DNA of 53,629 bases from contig PDIP01000133.1 in NCBI GenBank assembly GCA_002811645.1, positions 1 to 53,629 of the forward strand. The letters are read 5' to 3'. Under the pieces are notes generated by a model. The model saw nothing but the letters and a program-made list of their open reading frames with translations. It was not told the origin of the DNA and did no database searches. The stretch comes from Corallochytrium limacisporum Hawaii (lineage: Eukaryota > Protista > Pluriformea). How positions within the stretch are numbered: position 1 is the stretch's first letter; each line of letters opens with the position of its first letter. The translations under genes were made by a program, and so were the position numbers. Below, piece by piece: positions 44,601 to 53,629 of this stretch.

Positions 44601-47600
44601 CCTCCAGAGGGGTACCACCCCAGCGATCTGTAGCGTTGACATTCGCACCGGCCGCGACTAGAAACTCAACAACTCGCATTCGACCCTCGGCAGCCGCCAA
44701 ATGAAGCGGTGTGCGTCTATCGTAGTCGGCCACGGCGCTCAGGTTCGCGACCTGAAAGCTCAGGCGCTGTAGCAGGACAAGATCACCTTCAGCTGCAGCA
44801 TTGCACAGAGCCATAGCAATGTTTTGTTCAAAAGTGATTTGCCCACTTAGGTCAGCCGTCGCCCGGTCGCCTCCACTCTTGCCAGCCCCAGTGGCGGTTG
44901 GGGCTGTGGTAAACTCCACACTCTGACGCATGGCCGGCGTCGCGTAGCCAGAGAAGGAGATTGGGGTTGAGCTTGGATTGCTGTCCAGGCCAAACCCTCC
45001 GCCACCTGGACCCGGAACCCCAATGGTTGCCATGCCTCCAGCCACGAACCCGCTCGCGCTCGTGGCGCTCGTATCGCGAGACAGTCCCGGGCTGGTGCCT
45101 GCTGTGGTATTGCCAGGGGCTTCCAAGCTAGTGTCACGGTGCATTGACACGCTCACCGGATCATCCACCATACCCGCATCGGTCAGCAGATCGCTGACGC
45201 CGTCTTTGAACTTAACCGAGCCGCGTCGTTTCATCTCCAGTCCACCGGTGTCGTCATCCTCCTCCATGTCATCATCGACTACCATGGTGCTGGAGCCGCC
45301 TTGGTGCTGTTGCTTGTTACCAACCGAGTCAAGCATGACATCTGTTCGTGAGGGGCCCGGGCTGTTCGACATGTTCCGCTTCCCGGCTCCTGCGTTCCCG
45401 CCCCTCGCGTCCTCTTCGCTGCTCTCCGTGAACGGTGCATCTGATCCAGCACCCATGGAGAAAGCCACCTGACTGCCAGCGGGCCCTGGCGATGTCAGCG
45501 GTGGCGGGGCGTGACTGTACTGACTCAAAAAGTCCCGCATTCTTCCAGTGGATGCGACGCGAATGATCTTGCCCAGGCCCTGGTCGTAGTATTCCCCCGG
45601 CCGGGTTGAGTGGTGTTGAGGGTGGTGAGTGTGCGGCGCTTGACGTCCGCTAGAAGCACCCGGTCCACCGCGCTCTGTTATGCTGCCACTACCGTATGTT
45701 TCCATTCGTACGGAACTGCGTGGTGATTCCGGACGGCTCGACGTCCGGCTCGGGGGCGTGCGTTGGCCGCTATGATGCTCCGCAGCGCCTGTGCTCGATG
45801 TTGAAGCATAGCGTGCCCGTCTTTCCTGGCTTGCGGTTGCCACTGATGAACGCGGAGAGTATCGGTTAGATCCAGTTCCTGATGATGATGCCTGTGGTGA
45901 CGGTCCCACCGTCTGCACCATGGGGACAGTGCTAGCCCCCATTTCTCGCAGGGATGGCAACGACGGCTGTTTGGACAGCCCCGCACCAGAGTGCTGTCTC
46001 TGCCCAGCACCTCCGCTGCTCCCACCTGCAGCACCATGAGATGGGCCCGTCTGCTCCCCAAACATTTCTTTGAACGACTTCGGACGATAGTCCTCCAAGA
46101 CGGGCTTCTCATCCACAGCAGATTTTGTCGCCTTCGGTCTGGCACCCAGGTCCATGTACTCGTCGTCTTCGAATTTAATGTTTGCGCTCGTCTGCCTCGG
46201 CATGCGACCACGCAGCTGTGACGGATCGCTGCCACCGTCCACGCCTGTCGCTGATCCGGGTGTGGTACGTTGATCTCTGCCACTATCCTTCGAACTCGAC
46301 CCTGCAGTCGCCGCAGAGACAGCCGCAGCGGTCGACGTTGACGGGCCCGACGGTGGCATGTCCCGCGGAGTCACATGTCCACCTGACGACGCCACTGCAG
46401 ACCCACCACCGCCAATTGACATCTCACTTACCATCTGCTGTACGCCAATGCTACCGAGCGAAGTTAGGCTCGTCCGAGGCGAATTGCCAGCCGGAGAAAT
46501 ACCGGGTGAAAGGCAAGAATTGGCAGAGCGTTGACGATACCCATAGTCTGGCACAGACAAGACACCAGAGCCATCTGCTGTTACCGTATCCTGTGTCGAG
46601 GCTGTCTGGGCAGGCTGCTGCTGTGATTGCTCCTGTTGTGATTGTTGCTGCTGCGATTGCTGTTGCTGCTGCCCAGGCTGTTGTTGCTCCTGAACAGTTG
46701 GCGCGGAAAAAGCGTACGGCTCCATAGTCGCAGCACTGCCACAGTAGCCACCAATCATCGCCGGGCGGTACGCCCGGGTTGATCCAGACATCATTCCGTA
46801 CGAGCTCGTGTAGCCCGATCCAGCTACGGCTTGCTTTTTTTGTGCGTGGTAGTACGCACCTGACGATCCCATCATGGGACGGTAGTAGCGCTGATTCGGC
46901 GGCACGTAGCGCGGCCCTCCACTGGGAGGAAAGCCCGGATTATTGCCACCGCTAACGCTTCCACCGCTGGTACTGCTGCCCGTCCGAGGAGCGTACGAAT
47001 ACTCCGCAAAAGACGGAACGTGGCTTTGTTGCACGCTTGCTGGCGCCGGGGCTCCCGATGATGACACATTCGATGCCTGTCCTATCGAAGTCTGCGATAA
47101 GACACGCTGCATATCATTGTCCTCTCTACCAGTTGTGCCTCCGAAGGGATTAGTGTTGCTGGGCTGTGATTGGGATGATGTTTGCGGCCGCGGTGACTGT
47201 TCCGCAGTTTTTGCCGCAGTGGTGTGTTGCTGCTGCTGCTGCTGCTGTTGATAGCGTGCTTCACCAACCGCCGAGCTACCAGTGCTAGAAGCCAAAGCAC
47301 TGTCCCGTTCACTCCAAGTATTAACGGCCTGGCCTCCTGTCGCTGGGGCCTTCGCACCACCCTCGAGCGTGGCCCGCGACAACTGTTCTGTAGTGGCATG
47401 TAGCGAAGGACTGTCCAATTTGCCGGGGTCCTTGGAAGACACACTACTACTTGCCCCATAGTCTGACTCCCGTGCTGAGTTTGGATGCTGGAACTGGTCA
47501 CCTGAACGCAAGTTGGACTGCATAATCTGTTCCCACGAGACCTCCTGCTTTGCCCCTTGCTGCTGCGGAGAAGGCACTTGCGCGACCAATCGCTCTTCCA

Positions 47601-47727
47601 ATTCCGCGTCCTCGATGTGCGAGTTGCTGCGCTTGCGACTGGCAGAACCGACGCTGTCCCGGCGCTTTTTATAGTCCTCCTCAGAGTAGTTTCCTCCTGG
47701 AGCCATGCCGCCCAAGTGCGTACTCAT
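41680..47727 (-). CDS. 2015-aa multidomain protein: ~970-aa disordered S/G/Q-rich region, ankyrin repeats, GAF-like domain, C-terminal Fic domain
   Basis: Ankyrin triplets DYDRRTPLHLAAAEG / DFDGRTALHLAVAAG / DYDKRTALHLASAEG and DRWG.TP. GAF-like WTYGEMW...FLRAPMARAAELKSSFAMPI...GVFVFF. Canonical Fic motif HPFEDGNGRISR at 41821-41856. Confidence 0.92.
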   Translation of the reverse strand: MSTHLGGMAPGGNYSEEDYKKRRDSVGSASRKRSNSHIEDAELEERLVAQVPSPQQQGAKQEVSWEQIMQSNLRSGDQFQHPNSARESDYGASSSVSSKDPGKLDSPSLHATTEQLSRATLEGGAKAPATGGQAVNTWSERDSALASSTGSSAVGEARYQQQQQQQQHTTAAKTAEQSPRPQTSSQSQPSNTNPFGGTTGREDNDMQRVLSQTSIGQASNVSSSGAPAPASVQQSHVPSFAEYSYAPRTGSSTSGGSVSGGNNPGFPPSGGPRYVPPNQRYYRPMMGSSGAYYHAQKKQAVAGSGYTSSYGMMSGSTRAYRPAMIGGYCGSAATMEPYAFSAPTVQEQQQPGQQQQQSQQQQSQQEQSQQQPAQTASTQDTVTADGSGVLSVPDYGYRQRSANSCLSPGISPAGNSPRTSLTSLGSIGVQQMVSEMSIGGGGSAVASSGGHVTPRDMPPSGPSTSTAAAVSAATAGSSSKDSGRDQRTTPGSATGVDGGSDPSQLRGRMPRQTSANIKFEDDEYMDLGARPKATKSAVDEKPVLEDYRPKSFKEMFGEQTGPSHGAAGGSSGGAGQRQHSGAGLSKQPSLPSLREMGASTVPMVQTVGPSPQASSSGTGSNRYSPRSSVATASQERRARYASTSSTGAAEHHSGQRTPPSRTSSRPESPRSSVRMETYGSGSITERGGPGASSGRQAPHTHHPQHHSTRPGEYYDQGLGKIIRVASTGRMRDFLSQYSHAPPPLTSPGPAGSQVAFSMGAGSDAPFTESSEEDARGGNAGAGKRNMSNSPGPSRTDVMLDSVGNKQQHQGGSSTMVVDDDMEEDDDTGGLEMKRRGSVKFKDGVSDLLTDAGMVDDPVSVSMHRDTSLEAPGNTTAGTSPGLSRDTSATSASGFVAGGMATIGVPGPGGGGFGLDSNPSSTPISFSGYATPAMRQSVEFTTAPTATGAGKSGGDRATADLSGQITFEQNIAMALCNAAAEGDLVLLQRLSFQVANLSAVADYDRRTPLHLAAAEGRMRVVEFLVAAGANVNATDRWGGTPLEDAVANGHLKVAEFLKSQGAVTDGERAHGLGAKICALASLGQLRELRKLVENGKMDVNGHACRDFDGRTALHLAVAAGHVDVVEYLIAKGADVNATDRYGTTPVRTALQYNRHEIENILLTHGATPSNAAEYPASSDLCLAAHRGDLDYVRFLVEDKHADVNASDYDKRTALHLASAEGHFEVVKYLLEKGAQSDCMDRWGNTPFSDALRNGHQSLADFINMSVKIVVKRGLTLDDPDVNLGTMVPGKCCRRFGKHRDIVHKAMTALLLFLGRLGVWTYGEMWTVNPKLVTLECCRHVSYLDRQYSEDPQVVLFREVSERLAIDPNVFFGGVPINGRRHVWREDALKMHQANFLRAPMARAAELKSSFAMPIMIDQEEEELGVFVFFAKDERKEFHEMIAYFMEVAHLVAHMMSACVRLPTEDVSRHEFAEVVKGVFAKISVCNQGGIDSRSRHSMAGAGGKQDRYDLNPLRSTTPGEYYHNAPPRHPDVHFPGAGPGVLRLGLGCGLKILLDTQALCLVNFWLEAMNSDEHKAGMAVLEPLVEAAPSLRDMEEWPMVVDSIAAALRFMLTVSPQQTSRTPVREQATRMVWRLKEYGLWPRLKTRRDARHQYPRELLVEALAKTSVHRDSGKGSSASINLVGADGVDNANDMMMDDAEFENLGSGSKDLLYLNSAGDPNAIVPSERELAERDENLGPFYGPGMPESPIWRHLRQMETTIWKEWQDFKRRDEVLSCADPENASKAQFTTSLVYKTLGSRQATQINSGGVNAEEAECLGCMEQLNAIIQDIQQATQEDSEENGSSGSNETDTTMGPKTPTRSAPSGTAAAALLVSVDRLLSLHRAMNLQEDKTKGAFRTNWVVGSYMFLHFYRVFAPYEEVPAMVDYVGRVVARKTADGSWPAPVMAFYVYSALVHYIHPFEDGNGRISRLLGNLTLLLGGYPGVFQYSDKTITLTELLTRIIQMTNHLRSLRRRG

Positions 47728-50700
47728 TTCTACGGCTATGGAAAGTAGTAGCGGTTCAAATTCTCAACAACAATTTACATTCTTCAGTGATCTACAGGTC
47801 TACGATAGACCCACTATGTTGTTCTTATATTTAAGTCATTTTCGTACGATGTATACTCCGAACAAGGATGAAGTAATACACACTTCCCGATCGGACTCCC
47901 GAGACAAAACTAAGTCGTTTAGTTAAAATTCTCTGGTCGTCCCGGAGCAAGGAATGCAGTGACAAACCTTTACTCTTCTCACTACAGATGCATATGATCC
48001 TCATATAGCACCCCATGGCCAACACCGTCGTCCTGTCCTTTAGCATTTTGAAAAAACCGCAGGCCCAGCCAAGTCTGTCCATCCACTCCTGTCCGCTCAC
48101 TTACCAAATGGTCTCAGTCTGCAACAAGCACCGGTGACGTAGGGGGGACCCCTGCTAATACTGCACTCAGGGCATCGAGAACCCCAACCACCTCCACCCA
48201 TTCCACACACACACACACACCAAACCGGGAGAGCAAATCAAGCAGAGGTAGGACCGGGAAGCTCCGGTATTTTAGACAAAACCGGCGGGTACCCCCCTTC
48301 CCCGCGGGGCGGGTAGTTAGAACACTGGCTCCTGTTTCTCTCTTTTCCTTCCGTTCGGGTTGGCCACCACTCTGGCCCCCCCCCCCAACGCTCGCGATGA
48401 CTCTCGCTCTCCCGCTCACACACACACACACTCTCTCGTCTTCCGAGTTTTGGTGGCCCTTTGGCTCGCGCTCGTAAGAACTGCACTGGTCCGCCTGCAG
48501 TGGGAAAACACTCGGAGTTTCGGCGACTTCAGTGGGGCGGTCGGCCCGGAAGGGAGGAAAAGAGAGAGAGAAGGAAGAGGGGGTTTGGAAGAAGGGGGGG
48601 GGAGGGGAGGGGAGGGAAAGTTTGGAGGGGAGAGAGCGCGGGGGCTAGCAAGAGCCCGGAGGGCGCCACACCGGTACCACATCATTAAAGAAAGGCGAAG
48701 AGAGACTTCAGCCAGTCGCGCGGGCAGAAGGAAATGGGAAACAAATGCCTCCGGGCCCAGTGTTTAGCCCCGGGGAATGGGGGTGGTGGCAAGTAGCCCG
48801 ATTATACGTTCCGAGGAGGAAGCCAGCCAACAGAGAAAGGCGAGAAAGCCACCGACGAAGGCCCTGCAGACACACACACTCTCCCTTCCGTCTCGCCCAA
48901 AAATGGCGAAGGTGCGACACCTGCAAACGAAATCCAGAACTGTGGAAGGAGCGACCTCACCAGCGAGCGAAGGGACCAAGGTAGGGCCAGCGAAAAAAAG
49001 GTAACGCTATTCTGTTGCATTTATTGAAACTCGCCGTTGGACACGTCCCAAGCCCCCGACGGTGCGGCGAAAAAATGGTGGGAGGCATCTCAAGGGAGCT
49101 GTCCAGCAATGGCCGACGTTTCGGACATAGAGACACACGGACATCTTGTACATGCAACGTACTGCCTCCGCTGACTCCAGTACGTTCAGTCAGTTCCTCC
49201 ACGATCATCCTAAAGAGGGGAAGACAGACTTCTCCTCGTGAAGTTGCCCTGGTGTAAGCAACGATGCCGAATAGTAGACAGAGACCATAGAATCACAATG
49301 ACTTCACTGCCCCACTTACAGAGAGCACACAACGCAGCAACCTAGTATGGTGGTGAAGGCCTCGATAGGCAGAAAGTGTCCGCAGATTATCATACCGGAG
49401 TTGTGACCAAAGCACAGTGCACAATTTTGTTTTACATCCCGCACACTACGGTCAACTAAAACACCGCAAAACACAGTGTCGGCAGTTGGCCGTACTGTCC
49501 ACATCACCGCTACCTGGTTTCATTCTGTAATTCAAAGCGATTCATTAGGTGCTCCCTGCTGTCCCCCTAGGGGATAGTTCGTACATTCAACCAGGGGCTC
49601 TATACCACACACCCTATCCCTGGGCTTGCAAAAAAAAAAACCTTACATTATCTAGCCCTCCCCGCACCGCTTGCGGGTGTGATTAGGCCGGGGAGAGGAT
49701 TTCAGACGGGCAAGGCAAAATCATCAACAAAGTTCTCTCCTTCTGCCCTTTTTCCCCAAATTGTATAGTTTTTTCTAACTTTTTCCTGTTCCTCCTTTCT
49801 CTCTTCAGGTTTTCCCATTTTTGTTTTTTTCTCTTGGGGTTTCTTATCAGTCTTCCCTCCGGTTCTTGTTCTCTGTTACGCCAGTCTCTTGGACCCCTTT
49901 TCTTTCTTGCCAACTCACTCCTCCTTGCTTCCTTTTATTTCTTGCCTGGTCCAGGCAAGGCCTTGGACGAAGGGGGGGGGTTGTAGACGCCGGGATGTTT
50001 GGATTCCGGCATCTCCGGGGTACTGTACTTGGTGCGCCCTGTGGCGGCGGCCTAGAGGAGAGGATCAAACAGTCACCGAGGAGAAAGTGTATTCAGGGCG
50101 CGCTATCATCCACTGTGCTTCTCTTGAGCGAGTTTTTTTTTCGACGACTTGGAATCTTGCGAACACCCTTGGTTGTGCGACAAACCCAAGGGGAAGTGCT
50201 GAGCAAGGCACAGTACAGAAAGCGGGCAGTCGCGGTACCCCGGTTTCGCGCATAAACTCAAAGTGTCCCGTGGCTCGGGGGAAGATAGTGGATTCAAATG
50301 ATTAAATAGTGAATCAGATGATAAGAAAAGGATTTGCGACTGAAGACAAATCAAAACATACAAATTACAAATCACGATAACTTTTTTGTAGTTTTTTAAA
50401 TCTAAAGCACAGTATTCTGAATCACAAAGGAAAGCAAGTGGTGGCCAAAAACTGCTGGCTCATGGGGGAAGAGAGAGGCCCAGCAGCGCCTTCTCCTCGC
50501 TCCCTCCTCCCCCTCCTCTCCCAATTCCTTCTCATGTTCTCTGCTCACCTTTCTTCTTTCGTCGCTCTCGCGCTCCTGCGCTCTACACAACCCCCGTTTG
50601 AATTTTCGTCGGGGGTTGTGGCCACCTCAGCCAGCTGTAAAATAGACCCCCGCCCAAGGAGGTTTGGCTGACCTGATTCACTCGGGAGTCTGTTTAACTT

Positions 50701-51395
50701 CTGGCGCCCCCTTCCTTCTTGCTAAGGGCATCGGCGGGAGTTGGTTCGGAGGGCGGTTGGGTTCTCCAGGACAAAGAGAACACGCACTTAGCAGTCGCCC
50801 AACGGCTCCAGTTTAGCGGTCAGGTCTTTATGCATCACTCAGCTCAGTTGTCCGTATCGAAACTGGCCATATCACTTGCATCAGAAACCAATTACTGGAA
50901 AAAGCCCACATAGCGACGTGTGTGACATGGATCCGCGGACCCAGATGAAAGCAAACTGCGGATTGACTACCACTTTCAAGCGTTTCTCATTCGGTCATTC
51001 CCTTATTGATGAAAAACCATGTCATGTTAGGCAACAATGCGTGTGTGGTGTGGGGTGGGCTCTATTGATCAGAGTGCTGAGAATCACTTCCGCAGCCTAA
51101 AGAAAGAGGCATACGTATGAGGTTCCCTCGTGTATTGCTCTACATTTGCTGCGGTGGTGAGAAGGCGGTCAAGCGGGACGCTCTGCCCCCAAAGATTAAA
51201 CAGAGCCACCAGAATCTACTGGCTTCCCGCACCGATGTTGAGCAGTCCTAGCAGTGGATCCGATGAGATGGCGGAAACGAGAACTTCCAGCTAGGCCAAC
51301 CACACAAAAAACACAACAAAAATATAAAACCGAAAATACAATAAAGGACAAATTTCTTGATATCACTTGTGATCAATTGGAGCACTGCATGATTT

Positions 51396-53147
51396 TCAGG
51401 CTGAGAGGAGAACCGGGTTAGCCCAGAAGCCCAGGCTCTCGATACCGCACTCATCCGTGCCACGACGGATCTTGAAATAGCCATGATCACCCCACTTCTC
51501 ACCCCAGGAGTTCTTTACCGTCCAGTAGCGTTCTCCCGTCTGCTTCTCAATGCCATAGCCGACAATTGTTACGGCGTGGTTCATGGTCTCCTTCGGATTG
51601 AAGATCGGGCGGTCGTACAGGGCTTTCAAGCCGTTGCCATTAGCCTTCGCGTCAGGAAGGATGCCGGTGTGGTGGTACAAACCCGAGGAGTAGAGCCGCA
51701 GATCGGCGTGCACTTCGAATCCAACAGTGATCGGTCCGTGGTGATAGAGCTCGTACATCATCAGGACTTCGTTGGAGCCGCCGAAGAAGTCACCGACGTA
51801 ACCAAACTCATCTGTGCGCCAGCGCGGACAATCCGGAGATGCGTACGCGGCCTGGGCGTCACGACCCTCTTTGCTCAGATCCTTCCAAGCACAAGTACCG
51901 TCCGTGGCGGTGTAGGGCGCGCAGTGCTCTTCAACGATGCCAAAGTCATGTGCGTACCGTCCCGCAACCTCGAATGGATAACCTCCTGCACAGCCCTGAC
52001 CAAACGTGTTGCAGTCCATTGCCTCCTGCGCGCTGAATACGGGGGTGAGCCGGTTCTCGCTCTGGATGCGGACGCGAGATTCGAGCATGGCCATAGATGC
52101 AAATGTGTAGCAACTGCCACACTGACCCTGGTCACGGACTGGACTGACGTAGTTGGTGCCGTCCACATCACGCCAGTCAAAGTTCTTGGGCAAGCCGGCT
52201 CCTGCTGCGTCCATATTGTCATCGCCATGGAGATCTTGCTCGGATTTGCTCTTCTTGGGGGTCCAGGGCCATTGGAAGTCCTTGATCATGGCCATGAGGC
52301 CGCGTTCCGCGGTCTGCTCATCGGTGACCCGGCCGTGTTTGCTGGCATTCCTGACATTGCCCTGCGTCAGAAAGGCGGTGAAGCTCGAAATGGGCTGGTT
52401 TTCAAATTCTTCATAGGCGACCGCTTGCCAAGAGTTCTGTGCGGCATTGATCTTGGCAACAAAGTCGTGGTCTGGGACGTAAATCTGTTCCTCATCCACA
52501 GTTCGGAGTTTCTGGATCTCCTGATTTGCCATGATCTTGGCACTGACCACCTTGTGGCCGCGAATGTAGACGTCACTGTCCACAACGTTGGCATGAATAT
52601 CCCGTTTGTGCTCTTTCACAGTGGCACTGAAGCACGCCCAGTCAGCAGCCGGCTGCTGGGTATCGATCATTGGCTTATCTTTGGATACGATAGATTGGGC
52701 AAAGTTCACAGCACTACTCGGGTTGGATTTCGTTATGACCCAACCGGAGCGCGTCTGGTTGCAGAGTGACTTAGAGCCAAGGATTCCGTCCTTCCAATCG
52801 TTCAACGCAAAGTAGGACTTGTCGCCAATTTCTACCTCAAAGCCCTGGTTGTAGATCATGGTCCAGTGACCACGCTCTCCCTTGGAGTTGAGCGCAATGT
52901 CCGGGAAAAGGAGTGTGACTAGCTCCTCCTCAATCTGATCCCGGCTGTAGGCGGCTTCGAAGGCGCTCGGAGTCATGGACGCGCATGCATCCCTGGCCTG
53001 GAACGCAGTTATCCCGGTCTTGGCCACCCGGAAGGTCCATTCTCCGAGGATATCATCGTAGTTGCAGTCAGCCGGAGTGTCTGCCTGGACCACAGCGATT
53101 GTTGCACCGAGGAGGGCGGTGGTGAGGCTGAGGGATGCGAGCTGCAT
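51396..53147 (-). CDS. CTSC: Cathepsin C (dipeptidyl peptidase I), papain family C1A
   Basis: Signal peptide, exclusion domain DTPADC...WTMIYNQGFEV, LPKNFDWR, QGQCGSCYTFAS, NHAV and KNSWG. First ATG is at 53147. Confidence 0.97.
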   Translation of the reverse strand: MQLASLSLTTALLGATIAVVQADTPADCNYDDILGEWTFRVAKTGITAFQARDACASMTPSAFEAAYSRDQIEEELVTLLFPDIALNSKGERGHWTMIYNQGFEVEIGDKSYFALNDWKDGILGSKSLCNQTRSGWVITKSNPSSAVNFAQSIVSKDKPMIDTQQPAADWACFSATVKEHKRDIHANVVDSDVYIRGHKVVSAKIMANQEIQKLRTVDEEQIYVPDHDFVAKINAAQNSWQAVAYEEFENQPISSFTAFLTQGNVRNASKHGRVTDEQTAERGLMAMIKDFQWPWTPKKSKSEQDLHGDDNMDAAGAGLPKNFDWRDVDGTNYVSPVRDQGQCGSCYTFASMAMLESRVRIQSENRLTPVFSAQEAMDCNTFGQGCAGGYPFEVAGRYAHDFGIVEEHCAPYTATDGTCAWKDLSKEGRDAQAAYASPDCPRWRTDEFGYVGDFFGGSNEVLMMYELYHHGPITVGFEVHADLRLYSSGLYHHTGILPDAKANGNGLKALYDRPIFNPKETMNHAVTIVGYGIEKQTGERYWTVKNSWGEKWGDHGYFKIRRGTDECGIESLGFWANPVLLSA

Positions 53148-53629
53148 GGTTGATTTCTCTTGGTGAGCCTGCTGCTGGGTGCTGGAATATGCCACTGCTT
53201 TCCGTTCTCACGTCTATGTCACTAACGGTGTCACACTGTTGTCAACTGCGTCTTCAAGCAACGATCAGTTGAAACGAGAGCTAAGTAAAAACTCCTATGC
53301 AACACTATTATGTCCAAAAATCTTCTATCTAGTCACTTCCCGACTGTTCCTGTCTGTCAAGTACCCCGACGTCAGGTTCATTCTCTTGCGCAGCAACTAC
53401 TCCCTGCTCCGGTTTGTCAACTTCTTCTTTTCTCCGTCTCGCTTTTGTTTGCATTTTTGAAACCAATTAAACATTAACCACCAAAAACGTTTGAACCAGA
53501 AAACAAACACCAACGTCTTCACTTTTGGATGGCTTCCCCGCGTACAAATCCCCCCAAAAATGGTTCTCCGGCGGGTGAGCTCGCTGCCCAACCTCCCCCC
53601 TTTTTCGGTGAAACCTTCCCTCCCACCCG

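Noticed and set aside
51483-52769. 428-aa antisense ORF
   Set aside because: Shadow of cathepsin C; no independent evidence.
1-53629. tRNA/rRNA genes
   Set aside because: The GTTCGA-type motifs I inspected lacked cloverleaf context and no rRNA-like sequence was recognised. tRNAscan-SE was not run.

Overview
Eukaryotic genomic DNA from a draft assembly, with four N-gaps all flanked by G/C homopolymers. Long genes are uninterrupted single ORFs, separated by low-complexity intergenic tracts containing microsatellites and CnGn palindromes. This fits an intron-poor unicellular eukaryote; an opisthokont/holozoan protist is plausible but is only an inference. Eleven genes can be assigned to families: (1) a 2xACBP-fused, bacterial-type two-domain fatty acyl-CoA reductase; (2) a full-size ABCG transporter; (3) a DUF707-like type II membrane protein; (4) a GT64-like/GT7 fusion glycosyltransferase; (5) an EXTL2/GT64 glycosyltransferase; (6) a YeeE/YedE sulfur-compound transporter; (7) Tpt1 tRNA 2'-phosphotransferase; (8) a GDXG/HSL-family hydrolase; (9) a bacterial XylB-type xylulokinase with large insertions; (10) a 2015-aa disordered/ankyrin/GAF/Fic protein; (11) cathepsin C. 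The first 5.5 kb is an accessory zone. It holds a head-to-head pair of paralogous secreted-protein genes (at least one frameshifted), a 4-copy ~150-bp tandem repeat, a probable RNase H-type LINE relic and a 186-aa orphan gene. The most striking candidate for an undescribed system is the ankyrin-GAF-Fic protein, a putative sensor-coupled AMPylase. Next are the ACBP-ACBP-reductase fusion and the glycosyltransferase group. All family assignments come from motif recognition by eye; no database searches were run.
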